Of a DNA stretch of 64,000 nucleotides, positions 9,317 to 18,374 are shown one piece after another. Made by a program: the position numbers and the translations under genes. Every line of letters begins with the position of its first letter. The stretch's first letter is position 1. Origin of the DNA: a virus; the IMG/VR virus record IMGVR_UViG_3300044568_002523; one strand, written 5' to 3'. The notes under the pieces are model-generated. The model saw nothing but the letters and a program-made list of their open reading frames with translations. It was not told where the DNA came from and searched no databases.

Positions 9317-9680
9317 TAATATACCTACCACTCAAAGTGATACAACTAAAGTTAGGTTAAAAGTTCCGGTTGCTAAATTAGCGATGAAGGATATTATTAA
9401 AGGTGATGGTTGTGAAGTTGAGTTAAAATTAACTCAAGAAAAACTTATAAAAACTGAAGAGAGAGAAAAAGAGAAAGATTCTCACATTGTTCTTCTTGAA
9501 GAAAAAGATAAGAATAACAACTTTATGTTAGGTAAAAAGGACGAACAATTGAAAGTGTCTGAAGAACTAACTAACAGTTTACATAAAGAACTTAAAGGTC
9601 AAAGAACTAAAACTTTCTTATGGAAAGTTGGGACTTACGCTGGTATTATAGCATCAACCTATTTTATTATAACAAAGTAA
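9234..9680 (+). CDS. secreted protein with signal peptide and C-terminal TM, overlapping the 3' end of the previous gene in another frame (o-spanin-like arrangement, no lipobox Cys)
   Basis: 148 aa. N-terminal signal peptide MKKLIVLTLLLLTSLSSFSQ, C-terminal TM, 83-nt out-of-frame overlap with 8960-9316. Confidence 0.4.
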   Translation: MKKLIVLTLLLLTSLSSFSQTDTTKPINNIPTTQSDTTKVRLKVPVAKLAMKDIIKGDGCEVELKLTQEKLIKTEEREKEKDSHIVLLEEKDKNNNFMLGKKDEQLKVSEELTNSLHKELKGQRTKTFLWKVGTYAGIIASTYFIITK

Positions 9681-9925
9681 TGGCATTAACTGCGACAGAA
9701 AAGAAAGAAATTGAGGTAATGGTTCGTAAAGAAATTAAAGATTTCTTTGGGAGTCAGACAATGCAACAATATGAAAATAAATTAATTGATACCATTTCCA
9801 AAGAAATTAAAAGAGGTAAACTTGAAGGTGATGTTAAAGACATTACGTTAAGAATGTTTAGAGAATTTTATCAATTTATGTGGACCAATAGAAGTTATTG
9901 GGAACCAAGACTTAAACAAGCGTAA
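9680..9925 (+). CDS. hypothetical protein (start refined to MALTATEKK)
   Basis: The ORF 9620-9925 has an internal ATG at 9680 forming a TAATG junction with the previous gene. Confidence 0.5.
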   Translation: MALTATEKKEIEVMVRKEIKDFFGSQTMQQYENKLIDTISKEIKRGKLEGDVKDITLRMFREFYQFMWTNRSYWEPRLKQA

Positions 9926-9926
9926 G

Positions 9927-10691
9927 ATGAAGTTAAATGAGAGTATTGGTTCAGATTTAAAAAAGGCTTATTCTGAAGAAATAGGAAAATCTAATGTTGT
10001 ATCTCAAGGAGGTATCGATGCGGTAATTACTGCAAATCAATTTAAAAATGAAATCCCTGAGAATAAAAAATTAAAAATAATTAAACGACCAATGAAAAAA
10101 GGTATTACTGATAAATTAGTGGGTAAAACTAAGATTAATAAACCGGTTGGTAAATTAACAACAGGGTTACCAATAATGGGTGAAGATGGTGAAACATCTG
10201 AATCTACCGGTTCAGGTTCCGCAGGTGCTTATTCAGGTCCACTATTCTCAACAACTAAACAAGAAATGCAAGAAAAATGTTGGCCCGGGTATCAACAAAA
10301 AGGTATGAAAAAAAAAGGTGGAAGGATGGTTCCTAATTGTGTGAACGAAAGTAAAGATGGTGATGTTAAAAAAGTTGAAGCCACTGAGGCGACAGGTTCA
10401 GGGTCTTCCGGTTCATATGAAACAACATCTGCTTGGGCTAAGTCAACAAAAAAGAAAGATTGGGGTGGTAGAAAGAAAACACAAATACCGGGAGGTAAAT
10501 TTGTCCAAGTTAAAAAGAAATGTCAAAAATTCCCATATTGTAATCAAGGTGACATCAAGGCTCTAAAAATATTTGAGAATGAAAAAGTTAAACAAGCGAT
10601 TCAGAATATTAGTAAGAGACATAATATAAATGAAAATGTTATTAAAACCATTATTGCTTATGAGTATGAAAATACATTTTCAAAGAAATAA
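9927..10691 (+). CDS. hypothetical Lys-rich protein with internal duplication (TGSGSxGxY…KKK…C)
   Basis: 254 aa. Two related segments: ESTGSGSAGAYSG…GMKKKGGRMVPNC and EATGSGSSGSYET…KKKDWGGRKK…C. Confidence 0.55.
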   Translation: MKLNESIGSDLKKAYSEEIGKSNVVSQGGIDAVITANQFKNEIPENKKLKIIKRPMKKGITDKLVGKTKINKPVGKLTTGLPIMGEDGETSESTGSGSAGAYSGPLFSTTKQEMQEKCWPGYQQKGMKKKGGRMVPNCVNESKDGDVKKVEATEATGSGSSGSYETTSAWAKSTKKKDWGGRKKTQIPGGKFVQVKKKCQKFPYCNQGDIKALKIFENEKVKQAIQNISKRHNINENVIKTIIAYEYENTFSKK

Positions 10692-10727
10692 AGTTAAAAA
10701 CCAATATATTTATAATAAAAAACTAAA

Positions 10728-12029
10728 ATGAAAAAATTAAATACAACTTATTTAGATAATTTAGTCTCTAAAGTTTTAAAAGAAACGTTAGAAGAAAAGG
10801 CGGATACTCTTGTTTCCAAAATTAAAGGTGATATGTGTGAACAATGTGGAGGTAATATGAATGAAGACGTTTGTGAACAGTGTGGAAACAGTCGTGGTGA
10901 GATGGAAGAAGATATTCACGATGTTGAAGACATTAACAATAAAAATGAATTTGATTATGTAGAGGAAAGTAATATGTTCGAATACAATCAAGAAGATGTT
11001 GTATCAACTTGTAAAAAACATATTGAATTATTTGGTGAGGATGATGAGGTTACTCAAAAACTTTGTCAAGGTGTTAATCTTAATGAATCATTAAAAGGTC
11101 GTCAAAAAAGATTGGATAAAAATAAAAACAACAAAATTGATTCTGAAGACTTTAAACTTTTACGTAAAGAGAAAAAAAATAAAGATGGTAAGAGTATGAA
11201 GTTTTCTGAAAAATATGGTATGGAAGAACAAGAAACTGAAGAAGGTAATGCTTTTTCAGGTGCTTTATCTAAAGCCAAAAAAGATGGTAAAAATTCTTTT
11301 GAAGTTGATGGTAAAAAATATCCGGTTAAAGAATCTTATCGATTAACTGAAAGTGAAATGATTTCTATGATTGAAAAAATTGTTTTAGAACAGAAAAATA
11401 AAAAAGTTAAAGACCCATCTGAAAAAAATAACATTAAAGGAATGGGTGGTTCTCCAAGAGGTTTAGAAGTTTATAAAAAAGCTCATAATGGTTCAGGTAA
11501 AGAAAATGATGACTATATTAAGTCTGTTACTAAAAAAATGAAAGAATATCTTAAAGATGGTTCTAAAGGTGAATATACTATGAATCCAAAAATATTTCCG
11601 GTTGGTAATGGTGAGTTAGAGAAAATGGACAAAAAGGCTTTTGAAATGACTGATGATTTAGAAGATTTTAATTATGAAATTGCCGGATTAAATTTACCAA
11701 CACCTGATGCTATAGAATTTAATGAAGATTTTATGGAAAAATTATATAAAGGAGATTCAACAACAGGAAACGCTCCGGGTGGAAACGCTTTAGAATCTAA
11801 AGCAAACGATAGATTTAATAAAATTAGAAAGAAAAATACTCTTAAAAAATTAAAAGACCAATCTTACAATAGAGTACCTCAACCGGTTTTTAACGAAAAA
11901 AGTGGTACTGAAAAAGGTAAAGGTGTGAATATTAAATTAGAGTCTGTTGAGGATAAAAAAACAAAACAAATTAATGAAGAGTTTAATAGAATAAAATCTT
12001 TAATGGGTTATAATCAAAGAACTCAATAA
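10728..12029 (+). CDS. hypothetical Lys/Glu-rich protein with N-terminal CxxC…CxxC zinc-ribbon-like motif
   Basis: 433 aa, containing CEQCGGNMNEDVCEQCG. Confidence 0.55.
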   Translation: MKKLNTTYLDNLVSKVLKETLEEKADTLVSKIKGDMCEQCGGNMNEDVCEQCGNSRGEMEEDIHDVEDINNKNEFDYVEESNMFEYNQEDVVSTCKKHIELFGEDDEVTQKLCQGVNLNESLKGRQKRLDKNKNNKIDSEDFKLLRKEKKNKDGKSMKFSEKYGMEEQETEEGNAFSGALSKAKKDGKNSFEVDGKKYPVKESYRLTESEMISMIEKIVLEQKNKKVKDPSEKNNIKGMGGSPRGLEVYKKAHNGSGKENDDYIKSVTKKMKEYLKDGSKGEYTMNPKIFPVGNGELEKMDKKAFEMTDDLEDFNYEIAGLNLPTPDAIEFNEDFMEKLYKGDSTTGNAPGGNALESKANDRFNKIRKKNTLKKLKDQSYNRVPQPVFNEKSGTEKGKGVNIKLESVEDKKTKQINEEFNRIKSLMGYNQRTQ

Positions 12030-12058
12030 TTTACATACAAATAATATAACTTATAATT

Positions 12059-12091
12059 TCTCCATAGACAAACTCTATGGAGAATTTTTTT
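12059..12091 (+). terminator. rho-independent terminator
   Basis: Perfect 10-bp stem TCTCCATAGA/TCTATGGAGA with 5-nt loop, followed by T7. The downstream ORF's ATG lies inside the 3' arm. Confidence 0.7.
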
Positions 12092-12541
12092 AACTACATA
12101 TCAAAACCTTTACAACCGGAAGACGTTGACGTTTGGTTCCGGGTGAATAATATTATTCCTGAAAAATTGGAGTTATATTCTGATTTCACGCATTCTCTTA
12201 ATAATATTATTAGTATTACTTATTTAGGTGAAAGTGAAGTTAATGAGACTAAGATAGTTTTAAGTGAAGATGATGATAAGAATCACTTTGAATGGTGTTG
12301 GAATAAAGTAATAGATAACTTTAATAAGGAAAACATTAAATTCAATAAAAAAGGGGAACACTTTGATTATTTTGAATCTTTTTTTGGTGAAACTTTTTAT
12401 AATCAAAAAGATATTAAGGTTAAATCATCCATAGGATTTTTCTTTACGGATTTATTCAACAACGATAAGTCCTTTACTAAGTCAGATTTAGATATGATAA
12501 CAACAATATATAAATTATTGGATAAGTATTTAAATCATTAA
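12077..12541 (+). CDS. hypothetical protein
   Basis: 154-aa ORF. The start codon is embedded in the terminator stem, so the exact start is uncertain. Confidence 0.5.
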   Translation: MENFFNYISKPLQPEDVDVWFRVNNIIPEKLELYSDFTHSLNNIISITYLGESEVNETKIVLSEDDDKNHFEWCWNKVIDNFNKENIKFNKKGEHFDYFESFFGETFYNQKDIKVKSSIGFFFTDLFNNDKSFTKSDLDMITTIYKLLDKYLNH

Positions 12542-12622
12542 AAATTGTCATAGTATTTACTATGAGGTAATAAAAATTACTTTTATACTATTATAAAAAA
12601 TAAATTAACTAAAATTATTCAG

Positions 12623-12799
12623 ATGGAAACATTAGAACAAATTAAGTCATTGGTTGAAGAATTATCAGTGGACACTACAAAGTTTTTTGGGGGTAACAAT
12701 AGTGCCGGAACAAGAGCTAGAAAATCTGCACAAGATTTAAAAAAATTATTAGATAGCCTAAGAAAAGAAATTTTGGCTGAAAGAAAAGGGGGAGAATAA
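12623..12799 (+). CDS. small histone H1-like DNA-binding protein (Bacteroidetes 'histone H1' family)
   Basis: 58-aa ORF below the ORF-track cutoff. METLEQIKSLVEEL…KFFGGNNSAGTRARKSAQDLKKLLDSLRKE matches the F-x-KGN-x-AAGTR-x-RK N-domain pattern of that family, recalled from memory and not verified. ATGA overlap with the next gene. Confidence 0.45.
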   Translation: METLEQIKSLVEELSVDTTKFFGGNNSAGTRARKSAQDLKKLLDSLRKEILAERKGGE

Positions 12800-12987
12800 T
12801 GACGGATAAGGATACAATTTGTTTATTTGTATTTATCTTCTCAACATTAACTGTTGTTAAGACAGTTGCTAGAATAATAAGTTCCCTATTCTCTAACTCA
12901 CCTAAACAAATTGTGTGGGGTAAGTGGGAACTTATCTTTCTAGGATTAGCAATATCGTATTGCTTAACATTTATTATTAAAAATTAA
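12799..12987 (+). CDS. small membrane protein
   Basis: 62 aa with two hydrophobic segments. Confidence 0.35.
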   Translation: MTDKDTICLFVFIFSTLTVVKTVARIISSLFSNSPKQIVWGKWELIFLGLAISYCLTFIIKN

Positions 12988-12989
12988 TT

Positions 12990-13421
12990 ATGAGTTTATA
13001 TAAAGAATTTTCAGCATTATTACCTTATTTACAGTCCGTTAGAAAATTGGAGAACTATTTAAGTTTTGACGTTAGTTTCCCGGTTACTTGGAAGTTACCT
13101 AAAAAATATGTTGATGAAGAGAAAGTGATGGAACAATCTAGTAAAGTTGAAAATCACAGATTTTTTTCATTTGTTTCAGAAATATCGGAACAAAGTGTTG
13201 AGTTAATATCGGATAATTTAAAAAATATTATCAGATATAATCTTGAGTTAGAAGAAAAAGATAAATTATTTCAAAATAAAGTTAACGAGTTAAAATCTAT
13301 ATTTGAAAAACAAAATTTAAACAATTTAAAAGATTTAAGTTTTGAAATGAAACCTAAAACAACTAAAATTAAATTAGACGATGGGGAAGAAAGTGTTAAA
13401 GGAGTTGGAGTTACTGCATAA
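12990..13421 (+). CDS. hypothetical protein
   Basis: 143-aa ORF. Confidence 0.5.
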   Translation: MSLYKEFSALLPYLQSVRKLENYLSFDVSFPVTWKLPKKYVDEEKVMEQSSKVENHRFFSFVSEISEQSVELISDNLKNIIRYNLELEEKDKLFQNKVNELKSIFEKQNLNNLKDLSFEMKPKTTKIKLDDGEESVKGVGVTA

Positions 13422-13578
13422 AGATGTTGAAAAAAATAAATTAATTCTTGATAAAGAAAAAGAAAAATTTATTAATCAAATTAAACAAATAAATAAAGAA
13501 GACATACTTCCAAAACCACCTGAACCACCTAAAAAATTAACATTATGGCAGAGACTACACAAAGTATTGATGGGATAA
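13381..13578 (+). CDS. small Lys-rich hypothetical protein (overlaps both neighbours)
   Basis: 65-aa ORF. Uncertain because of overlaps. Confidence 0.3.
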   Translation: MGKKVLKELELLHKDVEKNKLILDKEKEKFINQIKQINKEDILPKPPEPPKKLTLWQRLHKVLMG

Positions 13579-13799
13579 TTGAAAAATTAGCTCTTGTTGC
13601 TGATGGATTGCAAACATTATTTCCTGATGGAAATATGGCGGTTGCGATGGAACTTAAATACGACGACTATAAGAAAGTTCAAAAAAACTTCAGAGATGTT
13701 GATAGAAATTTTACTCAATTTAAAATTGATATGTCGGGGGTTGAATTTATGTTTTTATTGAAGGATGGGTCGTTGTCTGACGTTGTAAGTAAGATTTAG
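13545..13799 (+). CDS. hypothetical protein
   Basis: 84-aa ORF. Confidence 0.45.
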   Translation: MAETTQSIDGIIEKLALVADGLQTLFPDGNMAVAMELKYDDYKKVQKNFRDVDRNFTQFKIDMSGVEFMFLLKDGSLSDVVSKI

Positions 13800-14391
13800 A
13801 AAATCCATTTTCAACTAATATATTGTAAAGGTATTTTCTTTGAGCGTTTGAGTAATCTTTAACAAACATACAATCAAATCTTTTTTGTTCTATAAAAAAT
13901 TCTGATATCACATCAATAAATCTACTTGAGTCATAATCATTTTTTAATGTAAATAAATTAAATTTATCGTCATTTTGAACAACAATTTTATTATTTAATT
14001 TTGACACTAATTTAAGTCCCGGTGGGTCCAAATATAATTTAATAAACTCTTTTGAGTTTATTTTTTTATTTAAAGTAGTGTCTAAAATATTTTCTTCAGT
14101 ATAATATGTGGTGATTTTTTTAATTGAAAAATCTTCATTATCTAAATTCACTTTTACATTTCTTCCTAACTCATCTTTTAAAAATACGGGTAAAAATGTT
14201 CCTGACGTTTTTTCAAGAATGGAGATTTCATACTTACATAAGAACCCATTTTCATATTGTTTATTAAAAATAACATCACTACTCTCGGATAATAATGATT
14301 CATAGAAATTATTTGCTCGATTTGAGGTTTTAAATTTCTTGATTATTTTCTTTTTTACTTTATTTTTGAATAGAACAATTAAATAATTCAT
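13747..14391 (-). CDS. hypothetical protein
   Basis: 214-aa ORF on the minus strand, convergent with 13545-13799. Confidence 0.55.
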   Translation of the reverse strand: MNYLIVLFKNKVKKKIIKKFKTSNRANNFYESLLSESSDVIFNKQYENGFLCKYEISILEKTSGTFLPVFLKDELGRNVKVNLDNEDFSIKKITTYYTEENILDTTLNKKINSKEFIKLYLDPPGLKLVSKLNNKIVVQNDDKFNLFTLKNDYDSSRFIDVISEFFIEQKRFDCMFVKDYSNAQRKYLYNILVENGFSKSYLQRQTTTHPSIKT

Positions 14392-14428
14392 ATAAATAAT
14401 TTAACTTTAAATATAATAGAAGTAAAGA

Positions 14429-15340
14429 ATGGAAGATTTTTATCAAATATTAGGTGTTAATCAGAACGCCACACAGGACGAAATAAAAAAGGCTTATAGG
14501 AAGTTAGCGGTAGAACATCACCCGGATAAAGGTGGTGATGAGAATAAGTTTAAAAAGATTTCTGAGGCTTATGATACAATAGGTGATGAAAGTAAACGAA
14601 GTCAATATGATAATCAACGAAGAAACCCTTTTGCTGGAATGGGTGGTGGTGGGTTTAATCCATTTGAGAATATGTTCAATCAAATGCACTCACAAAGAAA
14701 ACGTGCGGTACCTGATAAAATTGTTGAAGTTGTGGTTGGTGCTGTAGAGTCATATAAAGGTGGTGAGAAAAATATCACATATAGTAGAAACCATAATTGC
14801 GGTGGATGTAATGGTACCGGTGGTGAAAGAATTAATTGTGGTACTTGTGGTGGTAGTGGAGTTATAACTCAACAAATTGGGACAGGATTGTTCACTCAAA
14901 TTATAAGACAAACTTGTAATTCTTGTGGAGGTAGAGGGTTCTCATATAAAACTACTTGTGGGACTTGTCACGGAAGTACTACTACATCTAGTACTGAAAC
15001 AATATCAATTAAATTACCTAACGGAATTGATGAAGGTCAATTTTTAAGAATTCAAGGTAAAGGGGATTTCAAAGATGGTATGTACGGTAATTTAGTTGTT
15101 AAAGTAAAAATTGTTGCGGAAAATAATTTTGAAAAATCTTTGGAAGATTTAATTTATAATGCTTATTTTGATTTGGATTCACTAAAAGAAGATAGTGTGA
15201 AAGTACCACATCCATTAGGGGACATTTCAATTAAGTTACCTAATGAGTTTGATACATCAAAACCATTACGAGTTAAAGGTAAGGGATATCACGGTAGAGG
15301 TGATTTATATATAAAACTATTTGTTAAGTTTAAAAGATAA
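14429..15340 (+). CDS. dnaJ: DnaJ-family co-chaperone (J domain, G/F region, four CxxCxGxG zinc fingers, C-terminal domain)
   Basis: DFYQILGV…HPDK J-domain with HPD motif; GMGGGGFNPF; CGGCNGTG, CGTCGGSG, CNSCGGRG, CGTCHGST. Confidence 0.85.
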   Translation: MEDFYQILGVNQNATQDEIKKAYRKLAVEHHPDKGGDENKFKKISEAYDTIGDESKRSQYDNQRRNPFAGMGGGGFNPFENMFNQMHSQRKRAVPDKIVEVVVGAVESYKGGEKNITYSRNHNCGGCNGTGGERINCGTCGGSGVITQQIGTGLFTQIIRQTCNSCGGRGFSYKTTCGTCHGSTTTSSTETISIKLPNGIDEGQFLRIQGKGDFKDGMYGNLVVKVKIVAENNFEKSLEDLIYNAYFDLDSLKEDSVKVPHPLGDISIKLPNEFDTSKPLRVKGKGYHGRGDLYIKLFVKFKR

Positions 15341-15363
15341 CCCCCATTAAAGGGGTTTTTTTA
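15340..15363. terminator. bidirectional rho-independent terminator (weak stem)
   Basis: CCCCC-ATTAAA-GGGG followed by T8. Lies between convergent genes. Confidence 0.5.
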
Positions 15364-15636
15364 CGGGATATATTGAAGTAATTCTTTGATTATTTTTATT
15401 GTCCCGTATATTGATGCAAACAATATGTAAAATGATGCGGATAACATAATCCATTGTCCTTTTGTTAGACCTTTTTGTTTACAGGTTTTACATTCTTTCT
15501 CCGGTTGTATTGGTTGTTCCGGGGTAACATCAATAATGTCTTTTTCTTCAATAATTTGTCCTTCAACTTGTTCCATAATAATAATTTTAAAATAAATATA
15601 GTAAAAAAAATTTGAATGTGAAACTTGCTTTTTCAC
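15361..15636 (-). CDS. small membrane protein with CKTCKQ motif
   Basis: 91 aa with a C-terminal TM segment. Confidence 0.45.
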   Translation of the reverse strand: MKKQVSHSNFFYYIYFKIIIMEQVEGQIIEEKDIIDVTPEQPIQPEKECKTCKQKGLTKGQWIMLSASFYILFASIYGTIKIIKELLQYIP

Positions 15637-15670
15637 TTTTTATTTCTTATACTTTAAAAAAAGAAAAATT

Positions 15671-16519
15671 ATGGCATTATCGTACATCGGAGGTAAATCA
15701 AAAATAGGTAAATGGATTGTTCCATTCATACCTCAAGACATTGAAACATATATAGAACCATTTTCAGGTATGTTTTGGGTATTCTTTAATATGGACTTAT
15801 CCAAATACCCCAATCTAAAGGAAGTTGTTTACAATGACTTCAATCCACTTAACTACAATTTATTCCAATGTCTTCAGAATCCTGAGAGATTATTGGAAGA
15901 AGTGAATAACATTCCTTGTCAACAAAGGAATGAGTTTCCGACACCAGACATCTATAAAGAACAATTTATCAGGTTCCAAGCTGAAATATTTGAAACCAAT
16001 TTCAGAGTACAGGCTTACGATTATGTTGTTGCTGCGAAATATGCTTATATATTGGCTCAAGTATTCTCAGGGTCTAAACCAGAAACAAGTTCATTTATAG
16101 ACTTGAAAGGAAAGTATAAATCAAAGTATCTTACCTTCAGAGATAAGTTATCTAAACCGGATTGGGTGGAACACTTTTTAAAGATTACTAAAGTGGAAAA
16201 TATGGACTTTGAAGATGTTATTAAAAAGTATGATAGTTCATCTACATATGTTTATGCTGACCCTCCATATTGGAAAACTGAGAACTATTATAACAACCAC
16301 GACTTTGATAGTGCGGACCACGAGAGACTTGCGGATTGTTTAAAAGGTGTTCAAGGGAAGTTCTCTTTATCTTATTATGATTTCCCACAATTACACGATT
16401 GGTTTCCTGAATCACAATTTGTGTGGGAGAAGAAAGAGTTCGCTAAAGCGGCTGCGGCTAAGAAGGGTAAAACTCAAAATATGGGTGAAGAACTTTTAAT
16501 TATGAATTACCAAAAATAG
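15671..16519 (+). CDS. Dam-like (D12 class) N6-adenine DNA methyltransferase
   Basis: IGGKSKIGKWIVPFIP…EPFSGMFWVF and VYADPPYW motifs. Confidence 0.8.
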   Translation: MALSYIGGKSKIGKWIVPFIPQDIETYIEPFSGMFWVFFNMDLSKYPNLKEVVYNDFNPLNYNLFQCLQNPERLLEEVNNIPCQQRNEFPTPDIYKEQFIRFQAEIFETNFRVQAYDYVVAAKYAYILAQVFSGSKPETSSFIDLKGKYKSKYLTFRDKLSKPDWVEHFLKITKVENMDFEDVIKKYDSSSTYVYADPPYWKTENYYNNHDFDSADHERLADCLKGVQGKFSLSYYDFPQLHDWFPESQFVWEKKEFAKAAAAKKGKTQNMGEELLIMNYQK

Positions 16520-16549
16520 TTGGATATTAAAAAATAATCATTATCTTTG
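16519..16549 (+). promoter_or_regulatory. Bacteroidetes-type promoter (GTTG -33 variant, -7 TATCTTTG)
   Basis: GTTG at 16519-16522, 19-nt spacer, TATCTTTG at 16542-16549. Confidence 0.45.
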
Positions 16550-16625
16550 TCGTCTTAAATAAAAGTAAATGACATTTTATGAATTATTTACAAAAAACAA
16601 ATATTTATAATAAAAAACAATTAAA

Positions 16626-18017
16626 ATGAAGATTACAAAAGTACTATCAAATTTAATAACTGAAGACGCTCGTTTTCAAGTATTGTATAAGAAATATGTT
16701 TTACCTAGTGGTGATAGAAAAAAAGGTATTTTACCTTTTGAGATTGTGAGAGATGTCGTTTTTACTGACCCAACAACGAGACCTCTAGATTATGATGTTG
16801 CAAGTGCGTCTGTTGAAGATATGACTAGTGATAAAATTAAAGTTGGTAAGTATACTCAATGGATGTTAAACAGATTTGTTAAACCACAATTAACTAATGA
16901 AGATGGAGAACCTCTTGAAGTTGGTTCTGAGGAGTACAAAAGAGACGCTACTGAATACAGAAGACACTTTATGGAGGACTTACCTCAATTCAAAGAGTTA
17001 TTGACTAAATACGACAGATTTAAAGGTAGTTTAGCTGACGATTCTAAAAAGAATATAGATAATGTTAAATCATTTACTGAGTTAGCTCAGTTAGATGTTA
17101 AATATGGTGATACAACTGTTGAGTTAGGTGCTTATCGTGGTAAAAAAGTTAAAAAAGACGCAGGAACTGCTGTTAACAAAAACTTTGATATTCCTGGAGC
17201 TGAGATTTTAAAAGTTGGTTCTGAATATACTTTAATTAGAATCTCTGACAAAGGTACTTTAGGTTCTAAAGCGGCGTCTTATTTCGGTGGATATAGTGGT
17301 GGTATTGATAGAGGTGAAACTAACTGGTGTACTGCGGCAGAAAATTCTTCTCACTCACAAACATATAGAAATCAAGGTCCATTATATATCTTTATTGCTA
17401 ATGATGATAAAGGTCAAGTGGGTGAGGTAACAGGTTTACCAACAGAAAGATATCAAATTCACTTCCCAACTGACCAATTTAAAAGTCGTAACCAATATTC
17501 TCGTGATGGTAATATTCCAATCGTTGAATGGTTAAATGGTAAATGGTCTGAATTTAAAGAAATTCTTAAACCTGAATTTGCAAAAGGGTTTGTTAAACCA
17601 AATACTGAAAACGTTGAAATTAAATATCCGGGAACTGCTACAGGTAAGTTTGTTGCGTTATATGGTTTTGATGAATTATTTGAGGTGTTACCTGAATCAA
17701 TCACAAGATTGAATATTCTTAACACATCTAATGAGCGTATTGTTTTAAATATTCCGGATTCAATCACTCGATTCAAATCATTAAAGGCGATATTGTTTGA
17801 AAATGTTATTGATAAAGTTCCGGATTCTATTTGTCAGTTACAAAGTTTAATGATTCTTGCTCTTCCAAACAATCCGGATTTAAAATCTTTACCTGAATGT
17901 ATTATGAATTTACCAAAACTTACATTTGTGAATGTTAATAGAAGTCCAAATGTTAAAGTTCCACAAGCTTTAGAAGCTTTCGCAGAAGGTGCGGGTTTCT
18001 ATCACAAAGAAGAATAA
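16626..18017 (+). CDS. leucine-rich-repeat (LRR) protein with unknown N-terminal domain
   Basis: 463 aa. The C-terminal about 120 aa has LxxLxLxxN-type repeats (LPESITRLNILNTSN…IPDSITRFKSLKAILFENV…VPDSICQLQSLMILALPNNPDLKSLPECIMNLPKLTFVNVN). Confidence 0.6.
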   Translation: MKITKVLSNLITEDARFQVLYKKYVLPSGDRKKGILPFEIVRDVVFTDPTTRPLDYDVASASVEDMTSDKIKVGKYTQWMLNRFVKPQLTNEDGEPLEVGSEEYKRDATEYRRHFMEDLPQFKELLTKYDRFKGSLADDSKKNIDNVKSFTELAQLDVKYGDTTVELGAYRGKKVKKDAGTAVNKNFDIPGAEILKVGSEYTLIRISDKGTLGSKAASYFGGYSGGIDRGETNWCTAAENSSHSQTYRNQGPLYIFIANDDKGQVGEVTGLPTERYQIHFPTDQFKSRNQYSRDGNIPIVEWLNGKWSEFKEILKPEFAKGFVKPNTENVEIKYPGTATGKFVALYGFDELFEVLPESITRLNILNTSNERIVLNIPDSITRFKSLKAILFENVIDKVPDSICQLQSLMILALPNNPDLKSLPECIMNLPKLTFVNVNRSPNVKVPQALEAFAEGAGFYHKEE

Positions 18018-18033
18018 TTTAAAAAATACTACT

Positions 18034-18324
18034 ATGAAAAATGTTGACGTTGAAATCTACATTAATCAATTTATAACTTTCTTTAATAACAACCCCAATG
18101 ACTTACTTGAGTTAATTGGGGATGTTTTAAAGGATGACTTCTACGAAAGAGTAAAACAACAATCATTAGAAAATTATGATAACGGAGAGGATGTTTCATT
18201 AACTCAGAAACAAATCATCTCAATTGTTGTTGCTCTTAAACAATCTCAAAACGATGAGGTTGATATGGATAAGATTAAGTCCATAATTTATCACACAAAA
18301 TTCGCTCATTTTTCCCTTAATTAA
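18034..18324 (+). CDS. hypothetical protein (start refined to MKNVDVEIY)
   Basis: The first in-frame ATG that does not overlap the previous gene. Confidence 0.45.
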   Translation: MKNVDVEIYINQFITFFNNNPNDLLELIGDVLKDDFYERVKQQSLENYDNGEDVSLTQKQIISIVVALKQSQNDEVDMDKIKSIIYHTKFAHFSLN

Positions 18325-18356
18325 TTTGTATATTCAAATTTAATATCTTACTTTTG
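18325..18356 (+). promoter_or_regulatory. Bacteroidetes-type promoter (-33 TTTG, -7 TACTTTTG)
   Basis: TTTG at 18325-18328, 20-nt spacer, TACTTTTG at 18349-18356. The ATG at 18375 follows. Confidence 0.5.
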
Positions 18357-18374
18357 TGGTTCAAAATAAACCTG

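Noticed and set aside
12077-12091. Start codon of gene 12077 embedded in the 3' arm of a strong terminator
   Set aside because: This is not an error in itself. There is no alternative in-frame ATG nearby, so the call is kept but the start is flagged as uncertain and not reassigned.
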